From the NCBI GenBank assembly GCA_026025795.1, contig JAPEUG010000035.1:1-64000 (forward strand): a stretch of 64,000 bases of DNA, read 5' to 3'. Below, one piece after another: positions 61,698 to 64,000 of the stretch. The position numbers were made by a program, and so were the translations under genes. Each line of letters begins with the position of its first letter. The first letter of the stretch is position 1. The notes beneath the pieces are model-generated. The model was not told the origin of the DNA and ran no database searches. It saw only the letters and a program-made list of their open reading frames with translations. The stretch is from Thelocarpon superellum. Its lineage: Eukaryota.

Positions 61698-62469
61698 CGC
61701 TGAGATGCGTATTCTGCGCTGTCTCCCGGTTGTTGTTATGATTATTGCGCGTCTCGCCTGCTGGTCAGTGAAAGTCTGGTGCTCGTGTGGGCCGGTTGTG
61801 TGTCATGGCGTCTGGTTTCTTGCTTTTGCCTCTGTGTTTGCGTATGAGTTGAGGGATGCAAGTACGTCTGTGTGGTCTGAGTATTAATTGTTCTAGTATC
61901 GCGGATCGCGCATTATAGCAGACATAAGCTTGAAGTAAGCAAGCACTGAATCAAGTACTCAGATCAACTGCTCATTTACTCGGCCCATGGACGCGAGTGA
62001 GGAAGCAAGCGATTGAACATGCATGCTACGATCCATCCATCGAGGCTATCTATCTACTGTCTTTCATCGCCCCGCTTGGATTTTGTGCAAGACGCCCACT
62101 ATCGTCAAAGAGTCAAAGAGATGGAGAAGACAATGAGAGGAGAAAGAGAAGACATGGGGGAAGCTGAAGGTGGGAGGGTCGAATTAGAACCTTGTAATCT
62201 ATTACGTGCCGGCGCAGTGCAGAGTGGGGCAGGACAGGATAGAGCAGTGTGGAGCAGGAATAGTAGAGCGAGATTAAAATCATTTGTAATCTAGGCAGGT
62301 GAAGTAGGGAAGGTTTGGGATTGTCCCATCGGTTCAACTGCGCCTCCCGCCGAAATGGACGAGAAGGAGGAAAGGGGAGAATGAAGAGACATGTCTACTT
62401 ATTGAGTCGTGATGGTTGTTCAGGTCGTCATTGTTCTCGGCGTCGTGTCATGATGGCATGCAGTGTAAG

Positions 62470-63194
62470 TTAGGAAGCTTTGGGCCCGTCTTCCTGGCTA
62501 GAGAGGAGGGTGTAGGCAGGGGCATTGAGCTTTTGTCGTCCCTTGAGAAAGTCGAGTTCGAGAAGAAAGGCATATCCAATCAGATCACCGCCGAGTTGTT
62601 GAGCCAGCGATCCCGCGGCCGAGGCCGAACCTCCTGGGAGCCTGTTAGCTCCGTCATTCCGAGATGTCGTGGGGTGTCTGAATGGTCGTGTCCCCTACCC
62701 GTCGCTATGATATCATCGACCACCAAGACCTTCTGTCCGGGCTTGATGGCATCTTTTTGCACCTGGAAGAAGTCTTCCCCGTACTCCTTGCGGAAGCTCG
62801 CCGTCTCCGTCGGTCCGGGGAGTTTGCCCTTCTTCCGTACGGGAACAAAGGCCGCCCCAAGCTTCAAGGCTAGACTGGGACCGAACAAGAAGCCCCGTGC
62901 CTCGAGGCCGAGGATAACGTCGGGTTTGCCGGCGCCCTCGTATGTGGTTAAGACATGAAGCTCCAGGGCACGGATGAGGTTGCCGTGTAAGGTCGGATCG
63001 GCGAAGATAGGTAGGATGTCTTCAAAGAGGATGCCCGGTTCGGGAAAGTCGGGGAACTGCCGGATGGCGCGCCGCAAGCTTATCGTAAGACTGGAGAGTT
63101 CGGCGGAGCGGGAGGAAGGGGCGGAGGAGAGCCGGGTGTCTTGGGTGGAGTGGACGGCATCTCGGAGCGCAGGTGAGGAAGTCGAATCGGTCAT
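62470..63194 (-). CDS. APT1: Adenine phosphoribosyltransferase; intron 62634-62698
   Basis: FPDFPEPGILFEDI, GLEARGFLFGP, PVRKKGKLPG, KEYG, VVDDIIATG|GSA PRPP-binding motif; stop 62470-72. Confidence 0.96.
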
Positions 63195-63857
63195 GTCGAG
63201 AGGAAGGTAGGGAGGGGGAGGGAAGAGAGGGGAGGAGGAAAAAAGGATGCACAGGTGATGGGTGACGAGCGGTCGGTTCAAGAACCTTCCGACTTCACCG
63301 TGGCAGAGCTGGTCCGACGAGTCACAAGTCGCGCACTGACAATAGGCCTGGCGCGTCCGAGTACCGGTGTGGTACTTTGTCCTTACTTCCGTCCCTCATT
63401 ATTCACGTTCCCCTCTACTTGGACTGCTCCGAGAAAAATAATCGCTCCTGGGTCCCCTCGGGGAAGGGGCGAAGCCGGGGGGGAAGGGAAATGGTGTGGT
63501 CGACGCAGCCACAGCTTACGGTTTGACGGTTGGGGGTCTAGCGCCCCCTCGGTTCTCTCGTTTCTCTCTCGTCTCGAGCTTTCACTACGACTTGGACTCC
63601 TGCAGAAGGGTTACGTTGCATGGAAGGATGAGGGAAGAGGCGTTTGGAGGTTTGGAGCTATGGAGGGCGTGTTCGTCGCCGTGCATGCAAGGTCGACTGA
63701 GTCAAAGGGCTAGCGACGGCCTAGGGTAGGGCGCCGCGGGCGCCAGGGTGGTGAGGGTGGTGCGCGTTAGCCTTTCGGGCCACACCACGCCTCGACCCTC
63801 TTCCTCGGCTTCATCGGACCAATCGTCGTCACCCATGGGCCCAACCAGGATCGCGAT

Positions 63858-63927
63858 TCAGTCCAAGGCCCGGATGTCTCTGCCCCACGGATGCCCTGCG
63901 AGTCCGATGCCATTCTCAGCCATCATG
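63858..63927 (-). CDS. Probable last exon of a gene starting beyond the window (..MMAENGIGLAGHPWGRDIRALD*)
   Basis: GCTGAC branch point and CTAG acceptor followed by a short open frame; product not identifiable. Confidence 0.35.
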
Positions 63928-64000
63928 CTAGGCCGCGCATGCGTCGGCGGACCACGTCAGCGAAGGAAAGCGCCCAGGCGAGGGCATGGGAGGGGACATG

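Noticed and set aside
1..64000. Biosynthetic gene cluster, transposon, CRISPR array or rDNA
   Set aside because: No PKS/NRPS/terpene synthase, transposase/RT, regularly spaced repeats or rRNA sequence recognised; the neighbouring genes are functionally unrelated housekeeping genes.

Overview
GC-rich (~60% by eye), intron-containing eukaryotic DNA from a filamentous ascomycete. Evidence: short 45-70 nt GT-AG introns with CTRAC/CTAAT branch points and Pezizomycotina-type orthologues. About 24 protein-coding loci can be modelled by hand. Recognisable genes: importin-11/Kap120 (3' part), Kre9/Knh1-like GPI wall protein, DUF2462, Mtc1, NAD malic enzyme, BuGZ/ZNF207, Y14/RBM8A, GH76, RidA/Mmf1, Ras2, NIPA Mg transporter, a secreted alpha/beta-hydrolase-like protein, a patatin-like protein, PheRS alpha, EDEM/Mnl1 GH47 and APT1. 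There are also several orphans, a BTB pseudogene and an intron-containing tRNA-Leu(CAG). No transposon ORFs, CRISPR arrays or rRNA were seen. The most notable non-obvious signals are: a canonical-looking box C/D snoRNA hidden in an unusually long intron (26.49-26.57 kb); a secreted Cys-rich gene whose second exon is interrupted by one in-frame TGA, next to the tRNA; recurring TACTA/TAGTA fold-back hairpins with 1-3 nt spacers in the large intergenic regions; a patatin lacking its catalytic serine; a GC-AG intron in malic enzyme; and an intron-split C2HC zinc finger in an AT-hook protein. I did not find a clear multi-gene novel system. All family assignments are from motif recognition, not database searches.
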